From Kudoa neothunni (Eukaryota > Animalia > Cnidaria), in assembly GCA_964304625.1 (NCBI GenBank), contig OZ199840.1:9160882-9224881 (forward strand): a stretch of DNA of 64,000 nucleotides. Reading direction: 5' to 3'. The notes beneath the pieces were generated by a model, which made no database searches, had not been told where the DNA came from, and saw only the letters and a list, made by a program, of their open reading frames with translations. Below, piece by piece: positions 27,313 to 41,641 of this stretch; within the stretch, counting starts at the first letter, position 1; each line of letters starts with the position of its first letter. A program made the position numbers and the translations under genes.

Positions 27313-28116
27313 CAAACTAAATTAAATAAATTAATTCGTCAAGTGAACTAACCTCTACGAAGGGAACTTATAAAAGGATTGGATATAATAGTAGTGGAAG
27401 AAGTGGAAACATCATCGATATGTGACGATGTGATATCTTCACTGCTAGCAATGACTGGCTCAGGTGGTAGGCAGTAGATTTTTTTGCATGCCTAACAATT
27501 ATAAATTTTCCTCCAAATAAAAAAATCTCCTCCACATACTCGATATCTATCATTGAGAAGATCGATGCATTTTTTGACGCAACCAAACGAGCCCTACAAC
27601 CAGCCAACAATGTTCATCATTAGATTACCAACAAAAATTCACTACTACTCACCCTAGCTATCACTTCTAACGGTTCGAAACGAGTAGAAAATAGTCCCTA
27701 TCGACAACAGCAAATTAACACTACAAATATACACAATTTAGAAATAGTTTACTAATTCGGGAGGACAAACAGGAAGGTAATCAAAATTTAATGACAACCC
27801 AATAGTTTCCACAATTTCTTTATAACGTCGATTTGAACTTGTGAGTGATCCTACACATCATGAAATCAAGGTTAAAACCATGCGATATCGAAAAATTATT
27901 AAAAAAAATCATTCTAACCCTTTGATAAAATACTCGAATCCACGACACTATGATGCGGTGAAGTATCGTTGGATGGTTTATTGAGTAGTGAGGTGGTAAA
28001 AGGGCTTTTAGTAGGTTCGCCTACACCTTAATAATCAAAACTAATCTCATGTCACTTCTGCCTGACTAAAACCTACACGAATTGTTGAGTGGCTCAAATT
28101 TCCTGTGACTAGTCAT
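25301..28116 (-). CDS. CaMKK-like Ser/Thr protein kinase (multi-exon, divergent)
   Basis: Spliced motifs ARGSFGCVKKC, ACK plus long insert, IYNEIFILHQIDHPNIVRL, FEY..GPIIDIPT, HCDIKPSN, DFG, AFQSPE, DIWSIGVTTYC, RMLAKKPCERITI..AWLT follow the CaMKK layout. Confidence 0.82.
25485..26030. repeat. (AAT/AAAT)n microsatellite in the last kinase intron
   Basis: ~545 bp of AAT/AAAT units. Confidence 0.95.
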
Positions 28117-29107
28117 AATATAGGATGGGTAGCAATTGAGTGGGCTTGGTATTGCACAATTCAGTGATTAGTGCCAATTGATGTATATCAAAAAAGGATT
28201 GTGCGCACTATTCTTAACCTACTACTTTTTGGTGGCGAAATCTAATTAAAGCACCTGCTGAGAGTCTAATGTGGGACTGGTACATGAGGTCACACTGTTA
28301 ATCTCTAGCTATACGGGGTGTCTCAATCGATACCTATAATCTATCATGGGATTGATAAAAATGGATAATTAACTCCAACCTAATTGTATCACTCCAACTA
28401 TGAAAAAACAACAATAAAATCTAGCACAACCAAACAGCTGAATTCGACGATTCCACACGATTAATCAATATTTTGATTCATTGGCGCGACTACTAATCCG
28501 ATATTCGGTGTAGGTGCCAGCCAGCCGAGCAATAGCCCGTACATCCAACACTACTAAATAGGTTGGTATGGTTACCAATGACTACAATGTTTGCATTATT
28601 ATTTAAAGAATTAAATTAATTGAGATTTGTTGCTATAACTGAATGTATGTAGTTGTTATGAGAAAACAAAAACTCTACATGAAAATTGATCCCCATCATA
28701 TTACGTTTTTTGTCGAAAATGTGTCCCATTGAAATCGACACTTAATCACATCAATAAATCGCACGATAATTATGGTTTATTCTTCTAGAGAAAAATGTAC
28801 AATTGTATTGTGAAGTGATTTTTTAATTTGTGTGGATTATTAGATTTTGCACCAACCTGCGAAGATTAAACAACAATAGAAAATTGAGAAAGTAGTTTAT
28901 CTGTTAATCCACCATCTAAGACTTATGAACAAATAAATTAACCTTTTGTGTGAATAAACACTCTGCTAATCCATTTTGTTAATTGCTACATTAATCCAGT
29001 GTACACAGTCACCCCAACAAACACCCCACCCATTAACTAATACAATACATCGATGTCAACTGATATACACACACACACACACACACACACATGTAGATTA
29101 CAAAAAA

Positions 29108-29160
29108 TGAGATTGGCGCAGACGCGAATATGTCGTTGTGAAAATGGCGGTATCCAATCA
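29108..29160. promoter_or_regulatory. Candidate promoter elements between the divergent kinase and Ran genes
   Basis: ATTGG and CCAAT boxes flanking AAAATGGCGG (YY1-like consensus) at 29141-29150; motif match only. Confidence 0.35.
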
Positions 29161-29473
29161 CAAATGGATTTCACTATAGATACACCAACATTTCAACCAA
29201 TAACTTAAATGTTAACAACACTTAGAAATAATCTCGACACCATAACTTATAATTTCATCAAAATGTTGTCCGCTAATTGACAGCATCGAATAGGAGCGTA
29301 TAAACGAAAATTTATTATTCTTTCAAGTGGTTGATGAGGATACAGAAAATAAATTAATGTTTAATTAACTCGATTAAGACTCAGTAAACCATTGGCCAAC
29401 CAACAGTCGTCATCTGTTGAATAACGCCTTCGGGAGCATTCGTCTGGTTATTACACACGAGTCTGTAGTCGAA

Positions 29474-30268
29474 ATGGAACAGGTGCCGTTAGCAGCTGAT
29501 TTTAAAGTAGCTCCCAATTGGTGTCAACTGTTATCACTAGGATTCGATTTAGTGTGTACTAGTTGGTGACGGTAGCACCGGTAAAACCACGTTTGTAAAG
29601 CGCCATTGTACAGGAGAGTTTGAAAAGCGTTATATTGGTAATTCGATATTCTCTGGAGTTGGTCTCAAATGAGGTTTCTCTCTAGCTACCATCGGAGTTG
29701 AAGTGCATCCTATCACCTTCGATACCAACTATGGTCGTATTCAATTCCAAGTTTGGGATACTGCTGGACAGGAAAAATATGGAGGACTTCGTGATGCCTA
29801 CTATCTCCAAGCCCAATGTGGTATGATCATGTTTGATGTGTCGTCGAGAATCACCTACAAAAATGTGCCCAACTGGCATCGAGATGTTGTGCGTGTGTGT
29901 GAAAATATTCCTATTGTTCTTATTGGTAATAAAGCCGATGTGAAAGATAGAAAAGTGAAAGCGAAGGCGATCACTTTCCATCGAAAAAAGAATCTTCAGG
30001 TAGTTGACTGTTCGATGTGAATTATGAGTCATATGAGGATTGTTCCCAAATGTAGTATTATGATGTGTCCGCAAAATCCAACTACAACTTTGAGAAACCC
30101 TTCGTTTGGCTTGCCAAAGTGTTAACTGGAAGAAACATCGAAATTGTTGCCGCGCCTGTACTTGAACCACCTGAGATTCAGATTGATGCCGCGTCTGCCG
30201 CACAAATGGAAGACGATCTCCGACAAGCTCAATCTATTGCTCTTCCCGATGATGAGGATGACATTTAA
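29474..30268 (+). CDS. RAN: Ran GTPase (4 exons)
   Basis: [57 protein letters not shown], acidic tail LPDDEDDI. Confidence 0.97.
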
Positions 30269-30540
30269 TTAACTGCGTTATCTTTTTTTGAGTGGTGGGT
30301 TCGTTAGTGTGCGCTGCTGTTGCGACGTTATTCTACAATGTTGTTTGTCTCTCTATACTTGGCTAACTGCTTCTTTGTTATTATCCATCTACTGTGTTTA
30401 GTGTAGCTTTTGAGGTGTGTATTTGCCGTTCTCTTTTTCTATTTCAAGTTTCATAAACCCTTGAGTGATTTTAACTACACATTTTCTTAATTGTAACACT
30501 TTAACAAATCCAACAATCAATACTGTACTATAAGTTTTAA

Positions 30541-31568
30541 CTCTTATGGATGAAACACTGGAAAATCCATATTAATTTTGGATGTAATCCACAAAATAAT
30601 CGGTTTCGTTTACGATCCATCTTATGTCGATGCACATACGCGTTCATTAATAAAGTAATTGCGTTAATTCGGCCGAATTGAACTTAAAAAAATTCTTGAA
30701 AGTTATGCCAAGTTGAAACAGTTTTTAAATACCTGAATTGGACAATAAAACTTATAACAATCTTCACACCATTTGGATTTTTTATTATCTCCCTCTCGTT
30801 GTATACTCTATCCGCATGTTTCTCGCTTTACATTTAAGATAGACATTAAGACAGACATTGAGAAGAGGTTCCTGTTGGGAAACATAAACAATGCTGAAAC
30901 CAGTTTTTATTGTTTTGTTTGTGGAATTTGTTATCAACAATGACGATTTCTTTAAGAAAATAACGCATTTTAATTTATTGGAAACTTAAGATACCAACAT
31001 ATACTTTTCACGTAATACAAAAATGCTGCCACAACAGGCTCTATTGGGCGGTGATTGGAGGCGTGGTGGTATTTCAAGTTTTTAATGTAATAAATTTATG
31101 GTCAATTTTTTTCCAACAATTTTTAAGTAGGAAAACATCGATAAGAAAACATTTTCGTCAACAACGTGATGTTCATTCTTGGATAAACTAAGTTCATCAC
31201 TAGAATCACACATATTAATTAATAATCCGCGCATGCGGTTTAATTTGTTGATCAAACATTTCCCAACTCTCCACAAAACTACACATAGCAATCCTATTAT
31301 ATTTAAGTTCGGAGTAGCATTCATTTTTTAGAATATTTTTAATCAAAAAAAACATGGGGTAAATTTTACTCCTAAGACAATTACAAAATAAATTAAAATT
31401 AAAACCTATACAATAATATCTCGGATAAAATTTGTTGATTAAATCAAAGAAAAAGTTTTTTTAGAAGAATAACTGGGATCTATTAGGTATTGGTTTACTG
31501 TATAAAATGATATAACATTAATAAAATCGTTTTGGAGTAAATATTACAAATAACAAACAATTAGAGCG
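30541..31568. mobile_element. Decayed piggyBac-ended element with non-transposase interior
   Basis: Right end TTAGAGCG+TTAA with degenerate palindrome at ~31531 and internal copy TGGGGTAAATTTTACTCCTA at ~31355; left boundary uncertain. Confidence 0.5.
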
Positions 31569-33952
31569 TTAAGGTTGATATCGTTTTAAAATATAATACG
31601 TTTTAAATGATAAATAATAAACGATGTTGGATTTTTATTGAACTGAGGACGATCGTGAAATTTTTCATAATCATTCTAGAGGGTATAATTCCATCTGTGC
31701 GCTGCAATTTTCAGCCATTGAGACAATAAACACGTCTCCTACAACAAGAAAACCAACTGCTTGTTTTATAATTGACATAAATATAAAAACAACTAATAAG
31801 TGTAATTTGTGCATTTGCAGTCGGAATAATGAAAATGGCAATCCTGCGAAACGATGAATATTATGTCCTTGTGTCCATTCACAGGAGTCTTTTTAAAATT
31901 ATTTTCCAACTTTAATGATTGAAAAGTTTTGATCCGAATAGTAATTATCAAGAAATAGAGCCTGACTTGAATCGTCATACTTTAATAATCAAAATATGAA
32001 ATTTAATTTTAAAAAATATTAATCTAAATTCAAATGTACTATATTTAGACATTGAAAAATAATTAGATGTTAACAACTGATCAAATAATAAAACAATTAT
32101 ACAATCATATCGTGTAATTATGTTTATTTTTCATGAATTATTATCCATCAAAGAAAATTCATCTCTGAAGATTGTTTTCATTTTAATTATTGGTATATAC
32201 ATTTTCCTGTTAATAATTACTTCTTAAAGTCAAGTTTAGGAGACAATTTACCAAATAACACTCAATAATATCCTTAAACGATGGAGTGTCACGAATGGAA
32301 AGATTTATAACACTAAAAATTGTTATTCTGCTTTGAATAGGCAAAAATTTAAACGAGACAGTATTATGAGTATGGAGAAACTTTAATATTCTATATTTCT
32401 GAATTACATCCATTAATAATGACTCAATGTTAACTTTTTTATGGATAATATCATGTAAAAATAATATAAATAGTTTGATGCATAATTCGTATCCATATTC
32501 CTTCATAGTGAAATATAGAAACCAGTGTTTAATATGAGAATTATGCTGTTGACTTCACTACTCTCATATACATGATTAGAAGAAAAATTTATTTTTATAA
32601 TTTTGAAGCGCATATAAGATTTTTAGACTGCTTCCGACGAAAAAAGTCATCAAAAAAGCTAAAAATGAGGATCCACACAGTCCACAATTGCCCAAAATGC
32701 AACAATGATCGTGAACTTTATTAGGAAAAACAAATAGTTACGATATCTGACCTAAAAGCGGCCATAAATACTACTGAGTAATGAATTAAAAAGTATATTT
32801 AGTCATTAATCTCTAATATTTTTCACTAATATTACACATATTTTTGATGTAAAAATCGTAGTGAGTTAGCTTAATGTTGTGATAATAAAAATTTCGTATA
32901 ATACGCGGTAAAATCCTATATTGTTATTACATTCAAAATAACCATTATAAAATCAAGTCTTTATAAATAAATTTATTGGAAAATATCCAAATATGATATA
33001 CCATTCATGATGAAAAATGTGGCCTATAGATATCGGAGAGGATTCGACGTGGCGAATCAACGGGATTCTACAACAAACTCGGCTAAACATCACACCGTGA
33101 TAATTGAATTGTAACGAAACAAGAGGAAATATAAGCAAGATTGGCCAAGTGTTTTTCTAACGTCATAATTAATTAATAATTTGGTTATTCATTAGATAAA
33201 GTCTTAAATTAAAAATTTCATTGAGATGAACTTAAAAATGATAAAATTTTACACCCATAATCAAACCTATTAGGTGTTATTCGAATGTTATCCTAATAAA
33301 CAGTATTAGCAATGTCTCGCCTTTGTCACCTAATTGATTTTATTTGCATGATAAACAAGGATATTAGAAATTTTTCCCCATAAAACAATCTTAGATTGAT
33401 ATTATTGAAAACCACTTTTTTAACCCATTTAAACATAAATATTTAATCAATGAATGTTGTTGTATTTGCTAAAACTTAGTAACTAATGATGTGTTTGTCT
33501 GAATTTTTAGATACACCTACAAGGTGTTAACGTAATAACGGGGTGATAAACGTTAATCCGCCACTTATAAGTTTATTTTTTTCCTTCCCACTTTAAAGCT
33601 CTAAGCGACAGTTGTCGGGTGTGTACTTAAGAATGGAAGTTTGGGATGCGAGCAAAATTGTAAAAACTTTCCAATTTGTGTTTTCGAAACAGACAGTGAA
33701 TAAATCGAATAGAAACCAAAGTAACCGATCTATTTCCAAATTTTAATAAAATTTTGTAGGTTTTTCCCAACATTCAAAAATTAACCTGATCAAATGTGTT
33801 CACAATGTTCATAAAAGTGCATATTAGTAAAAGATTCTATCAAATCAACTCACTTTCTTATTTCGACCATGTATACTGGTAGTACCTTAAGAACACTGCC
33901 GAAAAAAAGTATCAAATAGTTCATCCTCAATCCTTCCTATCTTTGGTCCACC

Positions 33953-34745
33953 TGTACATATGTAAATAGTTTATGTATCTATACATATATGTAAATATCT
34001 TGTGCATATGTAAATAGTTTATGTATCTATACATATATGTAAATATCTTGTGCATATGTAAATAGTTTATGTATCTATACATATATGTAAATATCTTGTG
34101 CATATGTAAATAATTTATGTATCTATACATATATGTAAATATCTTGTGCATATGTAAATAGTTTATGTATCTATACATATATGTAAATATCTTGTGCATA
34201 TGTAAATAATTTATGTATCTATACATATATGTAAATATCTTGTGCATATGTAAATAATTTATGTATCTATACATATATGTAAATATCTTGTGCATATGTA
34301 AATAGTTTATGTATCTATACATATATGTAAATATCTTGTGCATATGTAAATAGTTTATGTATCTATACATATATGTAAATATCTTGTACATATGTAATTA
34401 ATTTATGTATCTATACATATATGTAAATATCTTGTACATATGTAATTAATTTATGTATATTTGTAAATATCTTGTGCATATGTAATTAATTTATGTATAT
34501 TTGTAAATATCTTGTACATATGTAATCTAATTTATGTATATTTGTAAATATCTTGTGCAAATTTAACTAATTTATGTATATTTGTAAATATCTTGTGCAA
34601 ATTTAACTAATTTATGTATATTTGTAAATATCTTGTGCATATGTAAATATTCTGTAAATAATATGTATATATGTAAATAATGTGTAAATAACATATGTAA
34701 ATAACGTGTAAATAACATATGTAAATAACGTGTAAATATGTAAAC
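33953..34745. repeat. 48-bp minisatellite grading into ~40-bp and ~23-bp variants
   Basis: About 10 near-identical 48-bp units followed by shorter derived units. Confidence 0.95.
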
Positions 34746-35518
34746 AACGTGTTCGAGCAAGAAACCATCGCTATAAATATAATTACAGGTATTAGAACTA
34801 TTTCTAAGCTGTTTATATATTAGAATTCTAGGTCTAAAATGTTTTAGACTTATCGAAACGTCTTATGTTTCGTATCGAGACTTCTATTATACTCTATGAA
34901 GAAATAGAACCAATTATCTGGAGGCCCTATTACTTTCCTCCATACAAATCTTTGCTATTATGTCCTTTAATTAGTAGTTCCTATCCACATATGATGTTAG
35001 TTTTGTCGGAATTAGTGGTTACGATCTCCCCACCTTATTTAGTCGTTATACTGAGTCTGAAATACGTTGTTCCACAATCAAGAGTCCCTCACAATACAAA
35101 AACACCTATTTCCATCTTACTGAAATTTCAAACTATATTTATCATGGATTCTATATGGAACATCATATATATGTTTGTCCTATCGTATTTTAGTTTTCGT
35201 CTAATTTCAATTCCGTGTTTTCTTTTGCAATTCAGTGGGAAGGCGTCAACATTTGAAAGACCATTTACGTAATATTGCAACTCGAGGTCGAAGCAATTAG
35301 ATTTTAAAACGATAGCAGGGGGCGACTTTTTACCTTTCCATAACATTGAGTAATTTTGAGGGAATATAGTCATATAGTAAATCGCCTATCTATACGTCAT
35401 CATGACCAGAGGTACTGACACATCCCCTTTTTTATTTTAGGGAATTTTGATAAGCATATCGACAATAACGCATTTTTAAAAGCCTAAAATCGCAAATGAT
35501 TTAAAATTCATACCTTAA

Positions 35519-37465
35519 CCCCTCCGATGATTTTGGGGGTAGAATCTATCCCCAATGCACGTTTAAAATTCATATACCACATTAAGTAGGAAATGTTGGC
35601 GTTTAAGATTCTATGCTTTCCTATAACATACATTTTTTTTAATTTTAAATTAAAAAATTTATTGCATGTTTATCTTCTAAGTACTTTGAGGTAGAAAATA
35701 CCCCATCCATTTTTTTACGTTTAAATTTTAAAAAAATTGAAAAACTCTTTTAATTCGTATATATAATGTTTTTTATAAACAAAAATAAAATAAATTTACA
35801 TATCTTAGGCTAGGTAATTGTGTTTTAGTCGTCTACATTAATAATTCATTATAATCGGTTTGCCGTCATTTTATATTATGGTTAGACTCATCCAAGTAAT
35901 TAAATATAGCTTTCGACGCAAAAATATTAATTTTAGGGAATATTTATTTTGAACAATCTAAACAACTGTTTGAAGAATTTATCGGACAATAAAATTTGTA
36001 GCATTTATGACACAATCTTGTAGTTTTTTATCATTTTTTCGTGGGCAAAACTCACATCGTGCACTCCTTATGTTTACAGGTGGTTCCAAATGGGAAATGT
36101 TTGTTTTAATAAAGTTCCTTTTCGCCAGAATATTGATAGGATGTTTGGCCAACAACAATTTAAACAGTTTACGGAGTTGCTCTGCGATCTTCCTTAGGAA
36201 GGTTCGTCCATTATTCGATTCATCAAATATTTCTTCATACAATGCAAAAGCATTCGCCAATGACAAATCGACTATGCTAATGATTCGACGAACAGAACCT
36301 GACGCGAGCATCCTGTCAACATTATCTACACCGTCCCTAGTTTTAATATAATCCAATATTAATTGAGGTTTGAACTTAAGATATTCTCCAGCAACAGAGT
36401 TATCATGCGTGTTGGAAGTTAGAAGAATCACAGATTTTCCACATATAATAACAGCATATATTTATCGTGAAACGAAAAAATGATGGAATAAAGAGGTCAT
36501 TTTCTTGAAGGTTGAAGACAAGATGGTATATCTTATTTTTTTCTCATTTCTCCCAAAAAAATCAACTTTCTTTCCGAGAATCATCGATGAGAAGAAATTA
36601 TCCGCGGCAACATCTCGGCCAGAAACAAACAAATGAGTCGTAGGGTTGTGCACGATGTTTTCACCTATGTTGGTTTGTCTGTTCATCTCAGAATTAATTC
36701 TCTCCCAAATAAACGCTGGCGTTACAAACGTAATTTGCGATTGGATCAACCAGTAAAAAAATTTTTATGCCATATTTTACTGGCTTCATGGACATCTTCC
36801 ATGGAAAGGAATCAATTATTCATCAACATTTACATCCTCATTCGGAGCAAAACATTTAGGTAGCACGCCAACCCAATTCTCCCAAATATCACGAATGGCA
36901 CATAATTTATCAAACCTTTTACGTTCTTTGAGTGTATCAATGTCATCGAAATGCGGTGCTCAAGAAATATGTTTGAAGCGTCGAAGTGAAGATAATTGCC
37001 GATAGATTTCTCTTCCTTCCTTCTGGTTGAATAACTCATTTATAGGTTCCTCTCTATCCTTTTGAGTGGTAATGAGGATTAACTATCCTAAATATCCCCT
37101 AATTTCTACCAAATCAAGATCGTACCATCGGTTTGTAAACATATTTGCAAACAAAACGATTTCATAATTTGAAATTAATTAAAAGCAGTCCAGCATGTTT
37201 TTTATTTTTTGTTTGAGCATAGATTGTGGATACATTTTACTCTCCGAACCTCTGTTGGACGAGGCTATGAAGCACTCCATTGAATACCAGATTTACTCGT
37301 AAGAACATCGATACCAACGTAGATTATTTCCATTTCGTCTGAAAATTCTTCATCTTGGTAAATGTGACCTTCATACTCAAATTCCGAAGAACAGAATTCC
37401 TCATACAAATCATCTGAGCTGTTCATTGAAAAAACGCACACTCGCGCCAAAAATAAATATATCAT
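35519..37465 (-). mobile_element. Degenerate piggyBac with transposase pseudogene
   Basis: TTAA-CCCCTCCG end with palindrome; fragments SKSGIQW, ADNFFSS, DGVDNVD, RCEFCPRKNDKK; far end not identified. Confidence 0.85.
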
Positions 37466-40075
37466 TTTTTCGTGAGGTTTAAACTAAATCCACCGGCTGA
37501 AAATACGTTAAATACTAGTTTTGAAAATTTTGTAATATGTTTCGTATTTAAAACTACAAAAATAATTGTGTTTTTATTAATATTTAAGTGATAATTAGTT
37601 TTGTGTTTTAGTATTTTTTTGTATGCTTGCGCAAAAAGTACGTCCTATCCCGCCGGGACCAGTAATACGTACCATTTCCACATCCCCACGGGGATTACCT
37701 ACGACCGATCCATTTCGGCAGCGGTTCTCAAAAGCTACAATAAAAAACAACATAAGAAATTGGTGCATATCGTATCTTATGCCGTCAGTGAACTTTCACT
37801 GATAGCTAGAGTTAACAACATTGGTGGTAGCTGGCTTTTATCAGTAACCTACGCACCAACGTACTTGCAGGAAGAATTTGCTGCTTTTCTGTTACAATAG
37901 ACACCCGATAGATAATATGCGCTAAAAATATTGGAGAATTTATTTTATTTTTGTGTTTTCTTTATTTAGCAACATAGGCATTACACCTTTTATTTAATCG
38001 AATAACAAAAAACATTAATAAGATTAATTGACCGAAAAATAATTCACAATTTTTGTTTTAATCATATTTATTGATATAATATTTGTATCTTTTTACACTG
38101 GGATAAACTTTAGCGAATGGTCAATTCTAAAAATCATTTTATTTCTTATTCAGTTTTTAGCACAATACGAAAATAATCGTTTACATTTTAATCGTAAAAT
38201 CTTTATCTATGCGCATCCATACCATTCTTTAAGTGTCAAATAACATTATCGCGAAATAAAATTTATTCTATTTTTATCTATCCAAAAAATGATCAATTTT
38301 TTGGATAGATATCTCAAAAGACATTTCTATTCGTTCAATAATTCAACCGTTAGAATTTTAATTTTTCCCTCGTTTCAAATAAAAACAATTTAATCTTACT
38401 TGATTTGACCGAAAAAGTGCGTATTATCTATTATCAGTTAGTCACGTGGCATAACAGATTGGTAATTCCCTAATTTAATCCTAAATATTTTTTAAATTTC
38501 TATCTTTTTACAATTACAAAAATATTATAAAACGTTTCACCCAATATAACCTTAGAATACGCCGTATCGATGAAAGTGTGTAATATCGGTTGCCTACTGT
38601 AATACAAATATTTCTTTTATTCGAAAAAATTAGACTAATGTATATTGTACAATATCGAGGATTCAAGTGGTGTTCCCTCGGTAAAAATAAAAGTTTTTTT
38701 TTCGACTTATGGGATTTATATTCCACCAAAAATAAAAAGCAAAGATAGTTAACACATTTATAAAAGAAATTATGATTAATTTCTTTGTATAAACTATTAT
38801 TTTAACTATTTCTTAAGTCCAACAATGGATCGAAGGTTAGGAAAAACATGTAGAACACCATCTAAAAGAGACACAGAAATAGATTAACTTGAAAATAAAC
38901 AAATCTACAAGCTTTAATTAAAAAAACATTGAATATGTTACAATTTCGTTAAGTGCGTAACAAATAAATTTTTTATTAAAATAAATATTAAACTATTAGA
39001 GTTTTTTAAACTAACCTTAATCTAAATAGGTTAATTTAGAAAAAGATTCCATTACTAAAAAAATTTCGAGAACCACTGTTGTATATTTATGGTTTCTAAG
39101 CTGATGACATTAATTTGTAATAGAGGAGCAACGTCTCACATTTAACGGCGTGCCAATTACTAATCCTTTTATAGTTACACAGATTATTCTATTCACTCGC
39201 GCATTGGTACTAAACTTCACTTTAGTCATCAATGCTAATAGGATTGATTTCATATATCTCGTTATTCTTTTTTTCTGGATAGCAAACCTGAAAAATTTGA
39301 AACGATAATATGCATGGCATAACGAATTGTCAAAGTCACGTGACAAAATTATTATTCAACTTTATCTGATTTCAACAGGCACAGCCTAATCTTATCCCAT
39401 CTCAATTACACATTAAAATTTTTTAACAGATAATTTGAAAATAGGAAATAATTTATCAGAATGTAACCATCTATACGCGCATAAAAAATTAATTAACAAT
39501 ATTTCAACAAAGTGATAAAATAATATATATATGTATATATAAAAATTGCACTGTTCGCCAATCGACTAATTTGATATATATAAAATATTATTTTCGAGAT
39601 AATTGACAACAGTTATTTTTGGAATGAATAAAATTAGTTTCCATGATTTATTGAGATTATTTATGTATTTCAATTACCAAAATATTAAAGTTGGGCGTTT
39701 GTTGTTTTTTATAGTATTGTTTACATTTGGTAGATTTAGATAGATTAGAAACGCAGAATTGTTAATCCAATCGATTAGAATATTTGTATTTTTTATTATT
39801 GCTGAGATTATATATCTGAAGTTCTAATTGTAATGTGGGTAACTGGAAGAATTTGCTATATATCAATACCATAAATAAAGTGTAATTTAGTAAGAAAAAT
39901 TTCCAATAATCATCATAAATACGGTATTTTCCCAGTTATCATTTTTGTTTCAAGATCACAAACTATACATCAATTAAAATCATGGATAAAATATTACCTT
40001 CTTATTCGATAGTTAAATATATGTATTCTTACTAAAAATACTGATAAAAATTCGTTGGAAGAATTATAATTTACA

Positions 40076-41017
40076 ATGGCTTTATTGATCGTGTGTATTT
40101 TGGAAATTATATGTATTTTATAATTGATTGGTAATAATTAAATTAAATTTAGACTTGGTTAAAATTTTCAGTGCAATAAAAATTTCCGGAAATAATTTAA
40201 CACATGAAAAAGTTGTTGGTATTTTCTTATTAGAACAATAATCAGTTTTAGTTATGGCTTGTTAATTTTGCTCGAGACCAAATGTTTGAATCGTTAGAAA
40301 CCTTACAAGATTATTACGAACACACCCAAGACAATATGGTAACAGATCTAATAAAATAAATTTTCTATAAAATATGAATTTCCAAGAATCGCCTCATTGC
40401 AAAAGCTAAATCAGATCTTACATGGTTTATCAACGAATATTATAAACCAAATAAACTGTGTTCAGATCATGCAACATGTGATCAGGAAATAAGTGGGATT
40501 TTCTATTTAATTTTATTAATATATATATATATATCTATATAAAAAAATTGTATAAATAGTTAAAAGTTTTAAAGAACCTATCACTTGCGTGCCATGCACA
40601 GTAACGTATTAGATTTTATTAATTATACGATCATGTTGATAGACTACTGTTCTATTTAAAATATGAGTCTGAAGCAGGCGCTGTAAGATATATATTATAT
40701 CATACTTTTTTAACAATTGATAGAGAGATGAAGACAATATTTATAATGAATCAATGGACAAATGTTATGAAGATTGTTTTTTGCAACAGTGAATCATCAA
40801 CAATAGGTATTACTTTGATTTTTCATTATTTGTAATTAAATGTAATAAACAATTTTAAATTAAAAAAATCCATATTTAAACGCCTTTTTTAGGTGGAAAC
40901 GGAAATTGCACTGAATACCGACAGAAAAGAATTTCTAGGACTAACCTTGATGTGTGGAATTCATTAAAAAATGTAACAATAACAACAATTACATTTCACG
41001 CCTCTCCAATAAAATAA
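40076..41017 (+). pseudogene. Secreted Cys-rich family paralog D (disrupted or mis-sequenced)
   Basis: Exons 3-5 have the same lengths and phases as the other paralogs (PNKLCSDHATC, EPITCVPC); downstream exons need two homopolymer indels and one damaged acceptor. Confidence 0.65.
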
Positions 41018-41641
41018 TTACAGACTTTTGAAATCATATTACTGGGATCAATATATTATTATTTTTGTTTTAAAATGTCGTTGATTTTTAATCTTCCGAG
41101 CGCATCAAAATCGGCAACACATTTGGTGCTTTTGGGGCCAAATTGACCCCAGGTTTTATTTCATCCTTAAATGCAAGAAAAAATTATGTAATCGCTGGTT
41201 AAAAGTATATAAAATTGAATAATTCATCAAAAAACGACTACATTTAGATTGATATTCAATTTTTTAACAAGTTAAATGTATCCTCTCTAGCTTAATTTAC
41301 AAGTAGGAAACTAAATTATAACTTATAACTTACTTATAATTTATAACCAATAGGATTACAATTAAATTTCCTAATAATATTGTGTACGAAGTTAATCTAA
41401 TTGATGAAAATGAAAAATTTTATCATATGTTCTTATCAAAAAAATATTATTTAATTCTATGAAGCACTATCATTTCAAGATAATTTTATCAGAGATCGTT
41501 GTTTATGCAACCATTATTCGACATATTGCATCGATTAAAAAAAACAACAATATTCAGTTAAATTAGTATATATTTAGATAAATAAAGAAATATTTGTCGT
41601 TGCGCTTATTTTTAATTCTATAAGTTTATGTTCATTTCTAA

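Noticed and set aside
29682-30203. 173-aa minus-strand ORF
   Set aside because: Antisense shadow of Ran.
32150-33140. Minus-strand ORF fragments (also 34850-35373)
   Set aside because: Possibly decayed genes, but I could not build a consistent model or recognise any motif.
33927-34391. 154-aa repeat protein ORF
   Set aside because: Translation of a 48-bp minisatellite with no unique coding flanks.
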